Positions 8,860 through 19,526 of a stretch of 64,000 nucleotides of DNA are shown here, piece by piece. Numbering within the stretch: the stretch's first letter is position 1; each line of letters begins with the position of its first letter. Below the pieces are notes generated by a model. It ran no database searches, was not told the DNA's origin, and saw only the letters and a list, made by a program, of their open reading frames with translations. This stretch comes from Spirochaetia bacterium. Its GTDB lineage: Bacteria; Spirochaetota; Spirochaetia; SZUA-6; Bin103. The stretch spans positions 256,001 to 320,000 of the forward strand of contig CBDBDQ010000005.1 in NCBI GenBank assembly GCA_965203905.1, in the 5' to 3' direction. Made by a program: the position numbers and the translations under genes.

Positions 8860-10884
8860 TCAGCTCTGGTCGAAGAACCACTGATAGGCGAATACGCCGT
8901 TGTTGAGGTGGGTCGTGTGCTCCTTGAGCATCACGTTGCGGAGCGTGTCGCGGCGCAGCCGCACCGAGGGTGGCGGTCCCACGACGCCGACATACCACAG
9001 GTTCTCCACCCGCAGGTCGTACGCCTCGCGCGCCAGGCGCACCCGCTCATCGGCATCCTGAGTGACGGGGATGGTCTCCCACAGGTTGTACCACTCCCGC
9101 ACCTCGGCCGGCGGCTCCTCGCCATGCTCGCCATCGGTCTGGAACCAACGCTTCCATTCGCGTCCCCAGAACTGGCTTCCGGCCCACCAGTTCACCTGAG
9201 TGAACAGAATGTCGGTCCTCGACATGTCGATCTTCCACAGACTGATGTGCGACTCGTTGGCATCGTAGCGCTGCCACAGCCCGCCTCCGGTCAGCTCGTC
9301 CACCGTGGTCTTGACGCCGATGTCGTTCCAGTGGGAGGCGATCAGCTCGGCGGCCCCGGCGTGGCTCCCGAGGCGGTTGGAGATGGTCAGGATGACGTTG
9401 AGCACCTCGCCGTCGGGACGCAGCACGAAGCCATCCTCGTTGCGCTTGAGCCCGATGTCGTCGAGCAGCCTGCGGGCGCGTTCGGGATCGTACTCGGCAA
9501 ACGCGCGCGCCCGGCTCTCGTCGTATACCGGCGAGTTGGCCGGGGCGGCGGCCTGGGTCGGCTCGGCCAGTCCCAGGTAGGCGAGTTCACTCACCTCCTC
9601 CCGATTGATGGCCAGTGACATTGCCTGCTTGAAGGTCACGTTGCTGAACAGCTCCCGCAGCACGGGGTCCGGCACCGTGTGATTGAACAGCATGACCACT
9701 TCCAGCGTGTGCCAGTTTTCCCACGCCGGTAGCGACGTGTCCAGGACATAGTTGTTGGCCGCCACGCTCTGACTGAGTATTCCGATTTTGTCGACGCTCA
9801 CGTCGATGCAGGAAAAATCCACGTCTCCGCTCAACAGGCGGCCCGCCCGCAACTCCTCGTCCTCGGAGACAATGGCCACGACACGGTCCAGGTAGGGCAG
9901 TTGATTGCCGGCGGTGTCGATGGCCCAGAAGTAGGGGTTGCGCGTGAACGTGGCCCGCTCCGGCGAGAAGTTCTCGAAGTCCCAGGCTCCCATCTGCGGG
10001 ATCTCGGGATTCCGTATCCAGCCCTGCCGGGCCATGAAGAGTTGAAACCAATGCTCGAACCCCGCCTCCTTGGCCAGCTTGTTGGCGTCGGCGTTGTGCT
10101 CCAGGTGAAACTGCTTGAGGTAGTGAGCGGGACGGTAGGAGCCGTGGTTCGACCACGCGGAGCCCCATCCGGTGCCGGCGGAAAAGGCATACTCGGCGGT
10201 GGCCCAGGGTTGGGCAAAGCTGAACTGCACCGTATAGTCGTCCACCTTGTCCACCTTGACCGGCACGCCCCCGGGCTTCCAGATACCGGGATACACCGGG
10301 AACAGCTCCTCGTTGCCATACATGTCGACGAAGTTGAACACCACGTCGTCGGCCGTGAACGGTGCGCCGTCGGACCACTTGAACCCGCTGCGCAACTCGA
10401 TGGTGAAAGAGGTAGCGTCGGCACTGGATTCCCACCGCTTGGCCAGACCAGGCCAAGCCCCGGCGGTGAGGTCCGAGCGCTGCGCCTGGAGGATCTCCCC
10501 GGAAGCCATGTGCTGCTGTAGCCGGTCGATGAAGTCAGCCCGCCAGAGAATCGTGTTGACGGTGCCGCCGTAGGTGCCGATCTGCTCGTCGGGGCGCACC
10601 ACCAGCGGTTCCTCGCCCATGCGCTCCTGCAGCGGCGGGAGCTGTCCCGCGGCCACCTGCTGCGCCAGCGTCGGCGCCTCCTGCCACGAGTCGATGCGGT
10701 TGCCCGTTTCGGCCTCGTAGGCGGCCGGCGTGGCCCACAGGTTGAAGCCGAGCCGCTCCTCCTCCATGGCGCCGCCCGCCGCACCCTGCTCCGGTTCCGC
10801 TTCGCCGCCGGCGAAGACCAGGCTGCCGGCGCACAGCCACACCGCAACGGTCGCCATTCCTGCCTTGATCCAGTTGAATCTCAT
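8860..10884 (-). CDS. ABC transporter substrate-binding protein, family 5
   Basis: Signal peptide (VFAGGEAE), EAPTL...GQLPPLQER, KWSDGAPFTADDV, RNPYFWAID.AGNQLPY, FKQAMSLAINR. Confidence 0.93.
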   Translation of the reverse strand: MRFNWIKAGMATVAVWLCAGSLVFAGGEAEPEQGAAGGAMEEERLGFNLWATPAAYEAETGNRIDSWQEAPTLAQQVAAGQLPPLQERMGEEPLVVRPDEQIGTYGGTVNTILWRADFIDRLQQHMASGEILQAQRSDLTAGAWPGLAKRWESSADATSFTIELRSGFKWSDGAPFTADDVVFNFVDMYGNEELFPVYPGIWKPGGVPVKVDKVDDYTVQFSFAQPWATAEYAFSAGTGWGSAWSNHGSYRPAHYLKQFHLEHNADANKLAKEAGFEHWFQLFMARQGWIRNPEIPQMGAWDFENFSPERATFTRNPYFWAIDTAGNQLPYLDRVVAIVSEDEELRAGRLLSGDVDFSCIDVSVDKIGILSQSVAANNYVLDTSLPAWENWHTLEVVMLFNHTVPDPVLRELFSNVTFKQAMSLAINREEVSELAYLGLAEPTQAAAPANSPVYDESRARAFAEYDPERARRLLDDIGLKRNEDGFVLRPDGEVLNVILTISNRLGSHAGAAELIASHWNDIGVKTTVDELTGGGLWQRYDANESHISLWKIDMSRTDILFTQVNWWAGSQFWGREWKRWFQTDGEHGEEPPAEVREWYNLWETIPVTQDADERVRLAREAYDLRVENLWYVGVVGPPPSVRLRRDTLRNVMLKEHTTHLNNGVFAYQWFFDQS

Positions 10885-10979
10885 TTCCTGTTCTCCTGAT
10901 TACCTGTTGGACGCGAGCCTGGCGTCCCTATTCCAATCCTGGTCGACTATTTCCTGTTCACCTCCTCGTCCCATGCTGA

Positions 10980-12077
10980 CTACTTGTACGGATCGGCGGC
11001 ATCCCTGAGCCCGTCGCCGACGAAATTGAAGGCCAACACGGTGACAATCACGAACAGCCCCGGAAACATGAGCCAAGGGTAGAGCACTATGGTCTGCAGA
11101 TTCTGCGAATCCTGCAACAGCGTTCCCCAGCTTACCGCGGGCGGGCGGATCCCCAGGCCGAGAAAGCTGAGCGCCGTCTCACCGAGAATCATGGCCGGTA
11201 TCTTCAGCGTCACGCTGACGATGAGGTAGCTCAGAAACGAAACCAGCAGGTGGCGCACGATGATGTTGCTCTCGGTGGCGCCGGCCAGAGCGGCCGCCAT
11301 CACGAAGTCGGCCTCGCGCAACTCCAGCAGCTTGCCGCGCACGACACGGGCGAGATCGGTCCAGCCGACTACCGACAGGATGATGGTGATGGCGAAGTAG
11401 ACCCGAATCGACGACCATTCGGCGGGCAGCGCGGCGGCCAGCGCCATCCACACGGGAATCGTCGGCAGCGACATCAGGAACTCGATGATGCGCTGGATCA
11501 CGAGATCCGCCACGCCACCGTAATAACCCGATATCCCGCCGAGGATCACGCCGAGGAAGAAACTGAGGGCAACTCCTACCAGGCCCACGGTGAGGGAAAC
11601 CCGCGCCGCGTACAGGTTTCTGGTCAACAGATCACGGCCAAATTTGTCGGCGCCAAGCAGAAACAGCGGATGTCCCTCGGCGCCGACGAAGTGGATGTCG
11701 GCAGGGAACATCCCCAGCACCAGATACTCCTCGCCGCGCACGAAAAACTTGATCGGAAAGGGCGTCGAGCGGTCCACCTGATAGGTGATCAACATGGTGC
11801 TGCGGTCGATCTGCTTCTCCATTCCATAGACGAACGGAGCGTGCAATCTTCCCTGGTGCAACAGGCGTACGCGCTGGGGCGGAGCGAAAGCAAACTTGAT
11901 GTGGCGTTGGGCCGGCACCGACGGCGAGAAGAACCCGCACAGCATGGCGACCAGGTACACCGCCAGCATGACGGCGGCAGCGGCCACCGCCAGCTTGTGC
12001 CTGACAAAGCGGCGCCACATGAGCTGCGACTGCGACGCCACGAAATGACGCTCGTCGGCGGCGATACGGTCGCTCAT
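10980..12077 (-). CDS. ABC transporter permease (OppC/DppC-like)
   Basis: Start MSDRIAAD at 12077; ASQSQLMWRRF, GADKFGRDL, ETALSFLGLG, GDGLRDAADPYK. Confidence 0.92.
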   Translation of the reverse strand: MSDRIAADERHFVASQSQLMWRRFVRHKLAVAAAAVMLAVYLVAMLCGFFSPSVPAQRHIKFAFAPPQRVRLLHQGRLHAPFVYGMEKQIDRSTMLITYQVDRSTPFPIKFFVRGEEYLVLGMFPADIHFVGAEGHPLFLLGADKFGRDLLTRNLYAARVSLTVGLVGVALSFFLGVILGGISGYYGGVADLVIQRIIEFLMSLPTIPVWMALAAALPAEWSSIRVYFAITIILSVVGWTDLARVVRGKLLELREADFVMAAALAGATESNIIVRHLLVSFLSYLIVSVTLKIPAMILGETALSFLGLGIRPPAVSWGTLLQDSQNLQTIVLYPWLMFPGLFVIVTVLAFNFVGDGLRDAADPYK

Positions 12078-13069
12078 CGGGCCACCCTCTCGAAGCGGAT
12101 GCGGGGATCCACCACCACCAGCATGAGGTCCGAAACGAGCGTGCCGATGACCGTCAGGAAACTGAGTAGCATGATCGTGCTGCCGGCCAGGAACATGTCC
12201 TGCTGCAGCAGCGCGGTGAACACCAGCGGGCCGATGGTGGGCAGACCGAGCACGATCGCGACGATGGTCTGTCCCGACACGATTGCGGGCAGCAGCCAGC
12301 CGACCGTGCTGATCACCGGATTGAGTGCCACGCGAACCGGATACTTGAGCAGCAGACGACGCTGAGTCAAGCCCTTGGCACGGGCGGTGATCACGTACTG
12401 CTTGCCCAGTTCGTCGAGCAGGGAACTGCGCAGCACGCGGATCAGCGACGCGGTACCGGCCATGCCGATGACGATGACGGGGACCGGCAGGTGCTTGAGC
12501 AGGTCGATGACCTTGCCGAGGCTCCATGGGGCGTCGATGTACTCGCCCGAGAACAGTCCCCCGATGCTGAACCCGAACAGGTAGAAGAAGGCCACCATCA
12601 GCGCCAATGCCAGCAGAAAATTGGGCACGGCAAGACCGATGAAGCCGATCACGGTAACGACGTAATCGCCGAATCCATACTGATTGGTAGCGGAGTAGAT
12701 GCCGATCGGGATGGCGATCACGTAGACCACGAGGAAGGACAGGATCGACACCGTTATGGTGATTGGAAGACGCTCGGCAAGGAGCTCGGAAACCGGCCGG
12801 TTGAAGGTGAAAGAGACGCCGAAATCACCGTAGGTCATCTTCCGTATCCAAAGCAGGTATTGCGCGTGCAGTGGACGGTCGAGACCATACTGTTTGGTCA
12901 GCGATGCGATCATCGCCTGATCGACGGCTTCGCCGGTAGCCTCCAACTGGGAGATGTACTCGGTAATGTAGTCGCCGGGTGGCAGTTGGATGAGGATGAA
13001 GGAAACCGCTGACACCAGCCACAGCACGAAGACCATGTAAACGATGCGCCGGAGGATGTAGCCTGCCAT
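12074..13069 (-). CDS. ABC transporter permease (OppB/DppB-like)
   Basis: YILRR, LPPGDY, YVITARAKG, DPRIRF. Confidence 0.93.
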   Translation of the reverse strand: MAGYILRRIVYMVFVLWLVSAVSFILIQLPPGDYITEYISQLEATGEAVDQAMIASLTKQYGLDRPLHAQYLLWIRKMTYGDFGVSFTFNRPVSELLAERLPITITVSILSFLVVYVIAIPIGIYSATNQYGFGDYVVTVIGFIGLAVPNFLLALALMVAFFYLFGFSIGGLFSGEYIDAPWSLGKVIDLLKHLPVPVIVIGMAGTASLIRVLRSSLLDELGKQYVITARAKGLTQRRLLLKYPVRVALNPVISTVGWLLPAIVSGQTIVAIVLGLPTIGPLVFTALLQQDMFLAGSTIMLLSFLTVIGTLVSDLMLVVVDPRIRFERVAR

Positions 13070-13148
13070 CGGTTGCTCCCACTGTCGTGCCGAAGACCGG
13101 CGCTGTCAAGCTGAGGTGGTCCCGGTCTGTTGGGCAGTCCGAAGGGTA

Positions 13149-13177
13149 AGGTTAAGGTGTATCCCGTTGGTTGTCAA
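13149..13177 (-). promoter_or_regulatory. Putative sigma70 promoter of the second ABC operon
   Basis: Minus strand TTGACA (13177-13172), 17 nt, TAACCT (13154-13149), about 80 nt upstream of the 13069 start. Confidence 0.5.
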
Positions 13178-13199
13178 CCCACCCCTCCATGCTCCAAAC

Positions 13200-14610
13200 A
13201 GGCGGCGGTAACGGGGGGTGGGGATACGGGGGCGGGGGGTGTTTGATCCTGTGGATATGTGGATAACTCCCCGCTCCGAATTGCACACCCGCTTGCCCCC
13301 TGACCCGGTATCCCGCAGTTGCCACCCGCTCCCCATGTCCGCTACGCCACCTGCTGTCCGGGCGCCGCGGCGCCTCGGTAGGCCTCCACCGGCGTCCGTC
13401 CACCCAGCGCCGAGTGCGGTCGCACGTCGTTGTAGAACTCGATCCACTCCTCGATCACCCGCTGCGCCACGAAGGGTGGTCGGATCGAGTCCCGGCGGTG
13501 CCCGACCGGTTCTCACCAGGTGGTTCAGGATCTTTTTGATTTGCACGGGATTCTGGATCACTGCGATCACGGGATTGCCTGCGGCAATCCTCTAACCGAG
13601 CTCCGCAGCGGGGGCAGACAAGTGGGTCGACTTCGTAGACCCGAGCGAGCAGGCGGGCCAACGTAATAACGCATGCCGACGTTCACGCGCGTCGGGAGCG
13701 TCGGTTTCCGTTGCGGGCACCTTTGGGCTCTCGGCCCTGTTGGATGCGGTGGCGGCATTCTGGTCATTTTGACTCGTCCATCCTGGTGGCGCCCGCTGGA
13801 GAACGTAGGGCATGCGCGTCCAGTGGCCCTTGATCCGCGAGGAGTACAAACCATAACGACGAATGAGTTGCACCCGCGCCGGTGGGATGTGCTGTAGAGT
13901 TGCCGCAGGCAATCTCCGAGCTCGGCAAGGAAGTCCAGAGCGTCGAAGAGGTGCACGATTTCTGGCGCTGGCACTCCCAGCGCTTGAAATAGTCCGAGTA
14001 CGTAGTGTGGAACAACACACGACCTTTGAAAGATTCATAGCGGATCTTCTTCCAGCGCTTGCGCGGAGATCGCAGCGCGTGAGACGTATTCAGCCAGAGA
14101 TCGCTGCACACCTTGATCGAGGATGCGAACTGAATTGTCAATGCTAAAGCCGGAGTGCCGCCAGGAGAGCATGTTACGCGCGAAGCGGCGGTCGAGTAGC
14201 TTCTGATCCACCAGCAACGCGACCACACGGCGACGCAGCAGCTCGGTCATGGCCTGCAGGTGGCCAAGCGGTATGTACACGAAGGTACCCTGATCGTCGA
14301 AACCGCCTTCCAAGACGATTGCGTGGAAATGAGGGTTCCAGCGCAACATGTCGCCGAATGTCTGGTGAGCGATTACGACACCGGTCCGAATCGGCCTACC
14401 GGCAGCTTGATGATAGAACTCCTGGATGATGTGGTAGATCAGCCGCGAGACATGGCCAAACAGCCGGCGGTCGTGGCGGAAGAAGATGCGCAGCGCCTTC
14501 GGCAGGGCGAACACGAACTGGCGCTGCGGAAAGTTCAGAAGCACCTCGTCGGTGAGATGCTCGGCAAATAAAAGCGTCCGTTTCTGGCTACACGACGGGC
14601 AGAGGTAGAA
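13200..14610 (-). mobile_element. IS91-family (rolling-circle) transposase remnant, frameshifted and 5'-truncated
   Basis: Fragments in successive frames: FYLCPSCSQKR, RQFVFALP, HQTFG..L.WNPHFHAIV..GG (HUH), WRHSGFSID, LAEYVSR, QHIP...IRRYGLYSSR, ARLLARVYEVDPL.CP.CG, IQNPVQIKKIL.HL. Element ends could not be defined. Confidence 0.88.
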
Positions 14611-14703
14611 TCAGTTCACAGTGTGGCGCCAGGCGAGTCCGTTCGCTACGCGCCGCGCAACAGCTGGCGACCGATCGTCGGGGCCGCGGGTGGTTTCACG
14701 GTG

Positions 14704-14812
14704 GGTCTCGCAGGCCGTCAGCCATGAAGTCGAAGCACAGCTGCGTGACGACCACGAAGATGCTGGTATCAGCAGCCACGGGTGCAGCCACGGAGCTATG
14801 CGCGTCCGATAC
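14704..14812 (-). pseudogene. Remnant of the 3' end of an OppC-like ABC permease
   Basis: Reads LHPWLLIPA, then in a shifted frame IFVVVTQLCFDFMADGLRD, matching the C-termini of the two intact permeases (e.g. FPWLLIPALFVVITVMAFNFLGDGLRD). Confidence 0.6.
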
Positions 14813-15685
14813 TGTCTTGTCTGTCAGGAATGGGCGTAGGGCTGCGAGCTGGAATCGGCTCGAGCAAAGCAAGCCGCTGCGACGTCAGGCGGGAGCGGAG
14901 CCCATCTGACATGTCGTAGTTGAAGCGCGCCCGCAGGTGCCTCGCAGAGTAGCGATATATGACCGCGCGCCGATACCCGTCGTTCGTGCGTTCCGCCGAT
15001 CCGTGTGTAATGGCGTCGGTGAAAAACAGAGCATCCCCCGCCTTGAGGTGCATCTCCTTCATACCAAGCGCGGTGCCTGCCGCCTCGGTTCCACTTCCAG
15101 CCGAGACGATGCCTTTGCCGTCTTCCATGAGGCGGGGATGGACCTCAGTCGTCTTGTGACTTCCGGGTACCAGCACGGTCGGGCCGTCCCCGGGACCGAT
15201 ATCCTCCAGCGCCATGAGCACGTTGATCTGCCCGACCATCCACTCGCCGGTATTGTGCTGTCGAAATGTCAGATAGCTCAGCGGCGCATGGCCGCCGCAG
15301 TGAATGTACAGGTGGCCGCCCCTCCCGCGCACGTTCAGGAGGTTCTCGTGAATCGACACTCGGTTGACAGGATTATGTACTTCTTCGCGAGGTCGATCCA
15401 AGCTGGGTGGTCGATCAGTCGCTCGAACACTGGCCCAGCCTCCACGATATTCTGGAAGTTGACGCCGTCGTCGATGCCATAACTGTGTGTTTCGACGTGC
15501 CCGATCCACCGACTTCGGGCCTCTTCGCCTGCACCTTCCTGCGGCCGCTCCACGTAGTCCCAGTGCGCATCCACCCAAGCGTTCAACTCGGCGAGGTCGG
15601 CACCCGAGATCGCATTCTCCAGTAACAGATAGCCGCGCAAGTCGAAGAGATAGTCGTTGTGTCGTTCATCAACGGAATGGGTCAT
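14796..15685 (-). pseudogene. PhyH-family dioxygenase split by a 1-nt frameshift near 15375
   Basis: N-half YLFDLRGYLLLENA...FERLIDHP (ORF 15335..15706) and C-half YIHCGG...LEDIGPGDGPT.LVPGSHK...AGDALFF..AITHG (ORF 14796..15578) join at TAC-AT/AAT-CCT. Confidence 0.82.
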
Positions 15686-16007
15686 CAAGGTCCCTTTAGT
15701 TTGCATTCTGGATCATCGAGTGCATTGATGGCAACACCAGGTTCCATGCCAACACTCTCGCATGCTCGCTTCGTTCACTGAGACTTGGGAGAGACCTGAG
15801 TCTCCGACAACCTGCGAGGAACGGCATCGCTGCCGCTCCCCGCCGAAGCCATCCTGCCGGGCTGAGTCGTTCGCCTGGTGCGCTGGCCGCGTGCGCCGCG
15901 GTGGCCGCGGGATCCGCCGGCTTCACTGAACCGGCAGCGGCCGGTAGAATGGAAGCCCCGGTCGCCAGCGATGGTCGCCGGACTCTGTCGAACACGGGAG
16001 CAGCGTC

Positions 16008-17282
16008 ATGTTCATGAACCGGTCCGTACTGGATTGGCCAACCGGCGTTTCCGTCTACCAGCCAGACAAGTGCTACAATGGCTACACGGTCGTGAATCCG
16101 TTCATTTCCCGGACCGCGTATCTGATTGATATGAGCGGCCGGGTGGTGCACACTTGGCAATGCCGCGAGGTGGACGAGGAGGGCGACCCGCTCTATCCGA
16201 TTTTCGTCGAGAAACAGGCTGCTGACGCCTGGATGAGCCTGCGCTGGCGGGAGCCGGCAAAGGCGCCGCGGCTGTCACCCCCGTATCCGCAACACAGCGT
16301 GGCGCAGCTGGCCTGGGACGGCAGCGTGGTGTGGCGCTATGACCCGCCCGCGGGGAGCGTCCCGCATCACGACCTGGAGCGGCTCGAGAACGGCAATACC
16401 CTGGTCCTGATGTTGCGCATGGAGCAGCTGCCACACATTTCCGATCGCCTGATGCAGAACATCGTGTTTGCCGAGGTGGATGCGGAAGGACGCACGGTCT
16501 GGGAGTGGAACGCCGGCGACCACTTCGACGAGTTCGAATTCTCCGCCGCGGCGCGCAGCCTGATGCGCGAAAAGGGCGGCGACATCTTTCATGACAACAC
16601 CGCCACCGTGGTGCCCGGCAATGCCCTGGGCCGTCGTGACACGCGCTTCGCCAAGGGCAACATCCTAGGCAGTCAACGCAACACCAACCTGATCTACATC
16701 ATCGACAAGCAGAGCGGTGAGGTAGTGTGGCAGTGGGGCACCGGTGAAGCTCAGCTCGTGGGCCAGCACCACCCCACCATGTTGGCAAACGGAAACATCC
16801 TGATCTACGACAATGGGGGCCAAGCCGGGTACCCCACCAGGTATCGATTCAACTCACGACTGCTGGAGATCGATCCGCTCACCGGTGACACGGTGTGGGA
16901 GTACGGCTACGAGTATTACCAGCGTCAATCATCGAAATTCCTGTCATCTTCGTGGGGCTCGGCGCAACGGCTCCCCAACGGAAATACCTTCTCGCTCGAT
17001 ACCCACAAGGGGCGGCTGTTCGAAGTAACCCCACTTGGGGAAATCGTCTGGGAGTACATCAGTCCGTTCCCGTGGGGTACCACGCTGGTGGGGCACGGCG
17101 CCCATCACAACCAGAATCTGACCAAGACCGAATACGGAATGTATCGCGCTTTCCGCTACGGCTACGACGAGGTGCCGCAGGTCGATCCCGAGTATCGGGG
17201 CAGAGATGGCGCCGCCGCCGTATCCGCTACGCCTGCGAAGCTGCCGCCGCGGATGGGTCTTCCGTCGACCGACCTGCCCTGA
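16008..17282 (+). CDS. Arylsulfotransferase (ASST)-family protein
   Basis: LIDMSGRVVHTW, PHHDLERLENGNTL, FHDN, GQHHP, DNG, SAQRLPNGNT, GEIVWEY beta-propeller motifs. Confidence 0.88.
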   Translation: MFMNRSVLDWPTGVSVYQPDKCYNGYTVVNPFISRTAYLIDMSGRVVHTWQCREVDEEGDPLYPIFVEKQAADAWMSLRWREPAKAPRLSPPYPQHSVAQLAWDGSVVWRYDPPAGSVPHHDLERLENGNTLVLMLRMEQLPHISDRLMQNIVFAEVDAEGRTVWEWNAGDHFDEFEFSAAARSLMREKGGDIFHDNTATVVPGNALGRRDTRFAKGNILGSQRNTNLIYIIDKQSGEVVWQWGTGEAQLVGQHHPTMLANGNILIYDNGGQAGYPTRYRFNSRLLEIDPLTGDTVWEYGYEYYQRQSSKFLSSSWGSAQRLPNGNTFSLDTHKGRLFEVTPLGEIVWEYISPFPWGTTLVGHGAHHNQNLTKTEYGMYRAFRYGYDEVPQVDPEYRGRDGAAAVSATPAKLPPRMGLPSTDLP

Positions 17283-17287
17283 CGGTG

Positions 17288-18190
17288 ATGGCAACACGAA
17301 CAGCGTACCGCGAGCTGACGGCGGACCAGGAGCGGCAGTTTCTCGACCACGGCTACGTGGTGATCGAGCAGGCCGTGGCGCGCGACCTGGCCGAACAGTG
17401 GCGCGACCTCGCCTACCGCCGCCTCGGCTACGATCCGCACGATCCCGCCACCTGGCTGGAGCCAAAGGTCCACCTTCCGGTCATGAACCGCAGAAAGGTG
17501 TCCGAGGTCGCGCCGCGCGCCTGGGCCGCGATCTGCGACCTGCTCGGCGGGGAGCAGCGTGTCCGCACCGGGGCGGACTACTCGTTCGGCGACTCCTTCA
17601 TCATCAACTTCCACCACGGCGCCGACCAGCCGTGGCAACCGCCCTCGCCGCAGGTCGCGGGCTGGCACAAGGACGGCGACTTCTTCCGCCACTTCCTGGA
17701 CAGCCCGGAGCAGGGGCTGCTGACCATCGTGGTCTGGTCCGACATCGAGCCGCGCAGCGGCGGCACCTTCGTCGCCACCGACTCGGTACGGCCGATCGCA
17801 CGGCACTTGGCGAACCATCCGCAAGGTCTGCTCCCCGCCGAGGCCGGGTTCGGCGCGCTGATCGAGCACTGCTCGCGCTTCGTCGAGCTGACCGGGCGCA
17901 CCGGCGACGTGGTGCTGCTCCACCCCTACATCCTGCACTCCGCCTCGTACAACCCATCCGGCAGGCCGCGCTTCATCACCAACCCGGCGGTGGCGCTCAA
18001 CGCTCCCATGAACTTCAGCCGCAACGATCCCGCCGACTATTCGCTGGTGGAACGCGCCGTGCTGCACGCCCTCGGCGTCGAGCGGCTCGAGTTCCTGCAT
18101 ACCGCACCGCGCGCACGCGTGGTACCGGAGCGCGAAGCGATCCAGGCGCGCATGCTGGCGCAGGAGAAGCAGCGCCTCGGCATCTCTTGA
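17288..18190 (+). CDS. PhyH-family dioxygenase
   Basis: Start MATRTAY; QFLDHGYVVI, GWHKDGDFF, GGTF, G..GDV.LLHP..LHSAS.N. Confidence 0.87.
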   Translation: MATRTAYRELTADQERQFLDHGYVVIEQAVARDLAEQWRDLAYRRLGYDPHDPATWLEPKVHLPVMNRRKVSEVAPRAWAAICDLLGGEQRVRTGADYSFGDSFIINFHHGADQPWQPPSPQVAGWHKDGDFFRHFLDSPEQGLLTIVVWSDIEPRSGGTFVATDSVRPIARHLANHPQGLLPAEAGFGALIEHCSRFVELTGRTGDVVLLHPYILHSASYNPSGRPRFITNPAVALNAPMNFSRNDPADYSLVERAVLHALGVERLEFLHTAPRARVVPEREAIQARMLAQEKQRLGIS

Positions 18191-18292
18191 CCGGTTACCT
18201 GAACGCCGGCTCACGGTCCGCTCACGAATGCCTGACCCGTTGCTTGAGAGCCAACCTGGGGCTGCGTCGGGACAGCCGGCGCAGGAGGAACC

Positions 18293-19450
18293 ATGAGACA
18301 GAGTGACCAGCCGACCGCACCCGGCGCGGCACGGCTCCTGCTGACGGCGGCGCTGGCGCTGGGGGCGTGTCTGGCGCACGCCAAGGATCCGAGCTACGTC
18401 GGCTCGGTACACACGGTCGGAACCGATGCGGTGGGCGCGGTGGCGCGCGGCACCGTGTTTCTGGACGCCAATCGCAACAGCCGGCTCGACACGGGCGAAC
18501 GCGGGATCGCGGACGTGGACAACCTGGACGAGCTGTACGCGATCGTCGGCGACCGGCCCGCGCTGGGCCTGTCGGGACACACCCACACCATCGAGCAGAT
18601 CATGCCCGGTGAGCACTTCCACGGCTGGCAGGAGAACACCGGCACCGGCCCGGCGCAGTTCCACCAGATCGTGACCGGCGCGGTGTCGGGCTCCTGGTGG
18701 GCCGGCGACCTGGACGACGCGGGCATCCCGCACGCCACCCAGCGCCTGGGCTCGCCGCGCGGCTACTACGTGCTCGACTTCGACGGAGCCGACTACGTGG
18801 ACACCTACCTGAGATTCGGCGGCAGCGCCGACCAGCAGTTCCATGCCTCGTTCAACACGCCGCGGTTCCGGCGCTGGGCGGCGGACCTGTTCGCCTACGT
18901 CGACCTGCACGGCGCGCCCTCCGAGGTTCCGCCGCCGGTCACCATCAACGACCTGGGCGACATGAACATGCTCACCCACGCCGACCTGGGCGGCGGCACC
19001 TGGGTCGCGGTCAACGTGTGGAACGGGTCGCGGCAGAGCATGGTGTCGGTGGCGGTTGACGGCGGTGCGCCGATCGCGGCCGCGCGCACGCAGCCGGGCA
19101 CGGGCGAAGGTTCGCTTTCAGGCCCCGAGTACGCCGACCCGTGGGCGGTGGCGCTGCAGTCGACCAACGGGCGCATGGCCGTGCGCAACGACCGTGGCGG
19201 CGACGACACCGCCGGCTTCACCACCTGGCGCGGGACTCGCTGGAGCGGGGTAGCCGGCCCGTTCCAGGCGTGGATGCTGACCCGACGCTCCAGCCATCTG
19301 TAGCGCGCCGACCTGCCCGCCGACCTCGCCCCCGGCGTGCACACATTGGAGGTATCCACCACCGACCGCTACGGCCGTACCTTCCGCGCCACCAGTACCT
19401 TCGAGGTGGTGGACCGCATCCCGGAGATGGGCTGGAACGGCGGATTCTGA
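18293..19450 (+). pseudogene. Secreted calcineurin-like metallophosphoesterase (MetallophosN/C type) with internal deletion and premature stop
   Basis: Signal peptide and GTVFLDANRNSRLD.GERGIADV jump directly to the distal SGHTH and GAVSGSWW motifs, so the DxH/GD/GNHD core is absent. After the in-frame TAG at 19301-19303 the frame continues RADLPADLAPGVHTLEV.TTDRYG..F to TGA at 19450. Confidence 0.78.
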
Positions 19451-19526
19451 AGTTGGGGAAGACGCCCCGGCGCGCGCTGCCAAGGCGGACCGAGCCTTGC
19501 CGGGCGGCGCCGGGCGCGCCCCTCCG

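Noticed and set aside
13250-13266. Chromosomal replication origin suggested by DnaA boxes
   Set aside because: Only two overlapping boxes, no AT-rich unwinding element and no dnaA/dnaN context.
19301-19303. Pyrrolysine or amber read-through in the phosphoesterase
   Set aside because: The codon most likely corresponds to Trp (TGG to TAG), the gene already lacks its catalytic core, and many other genes here end in TAG.
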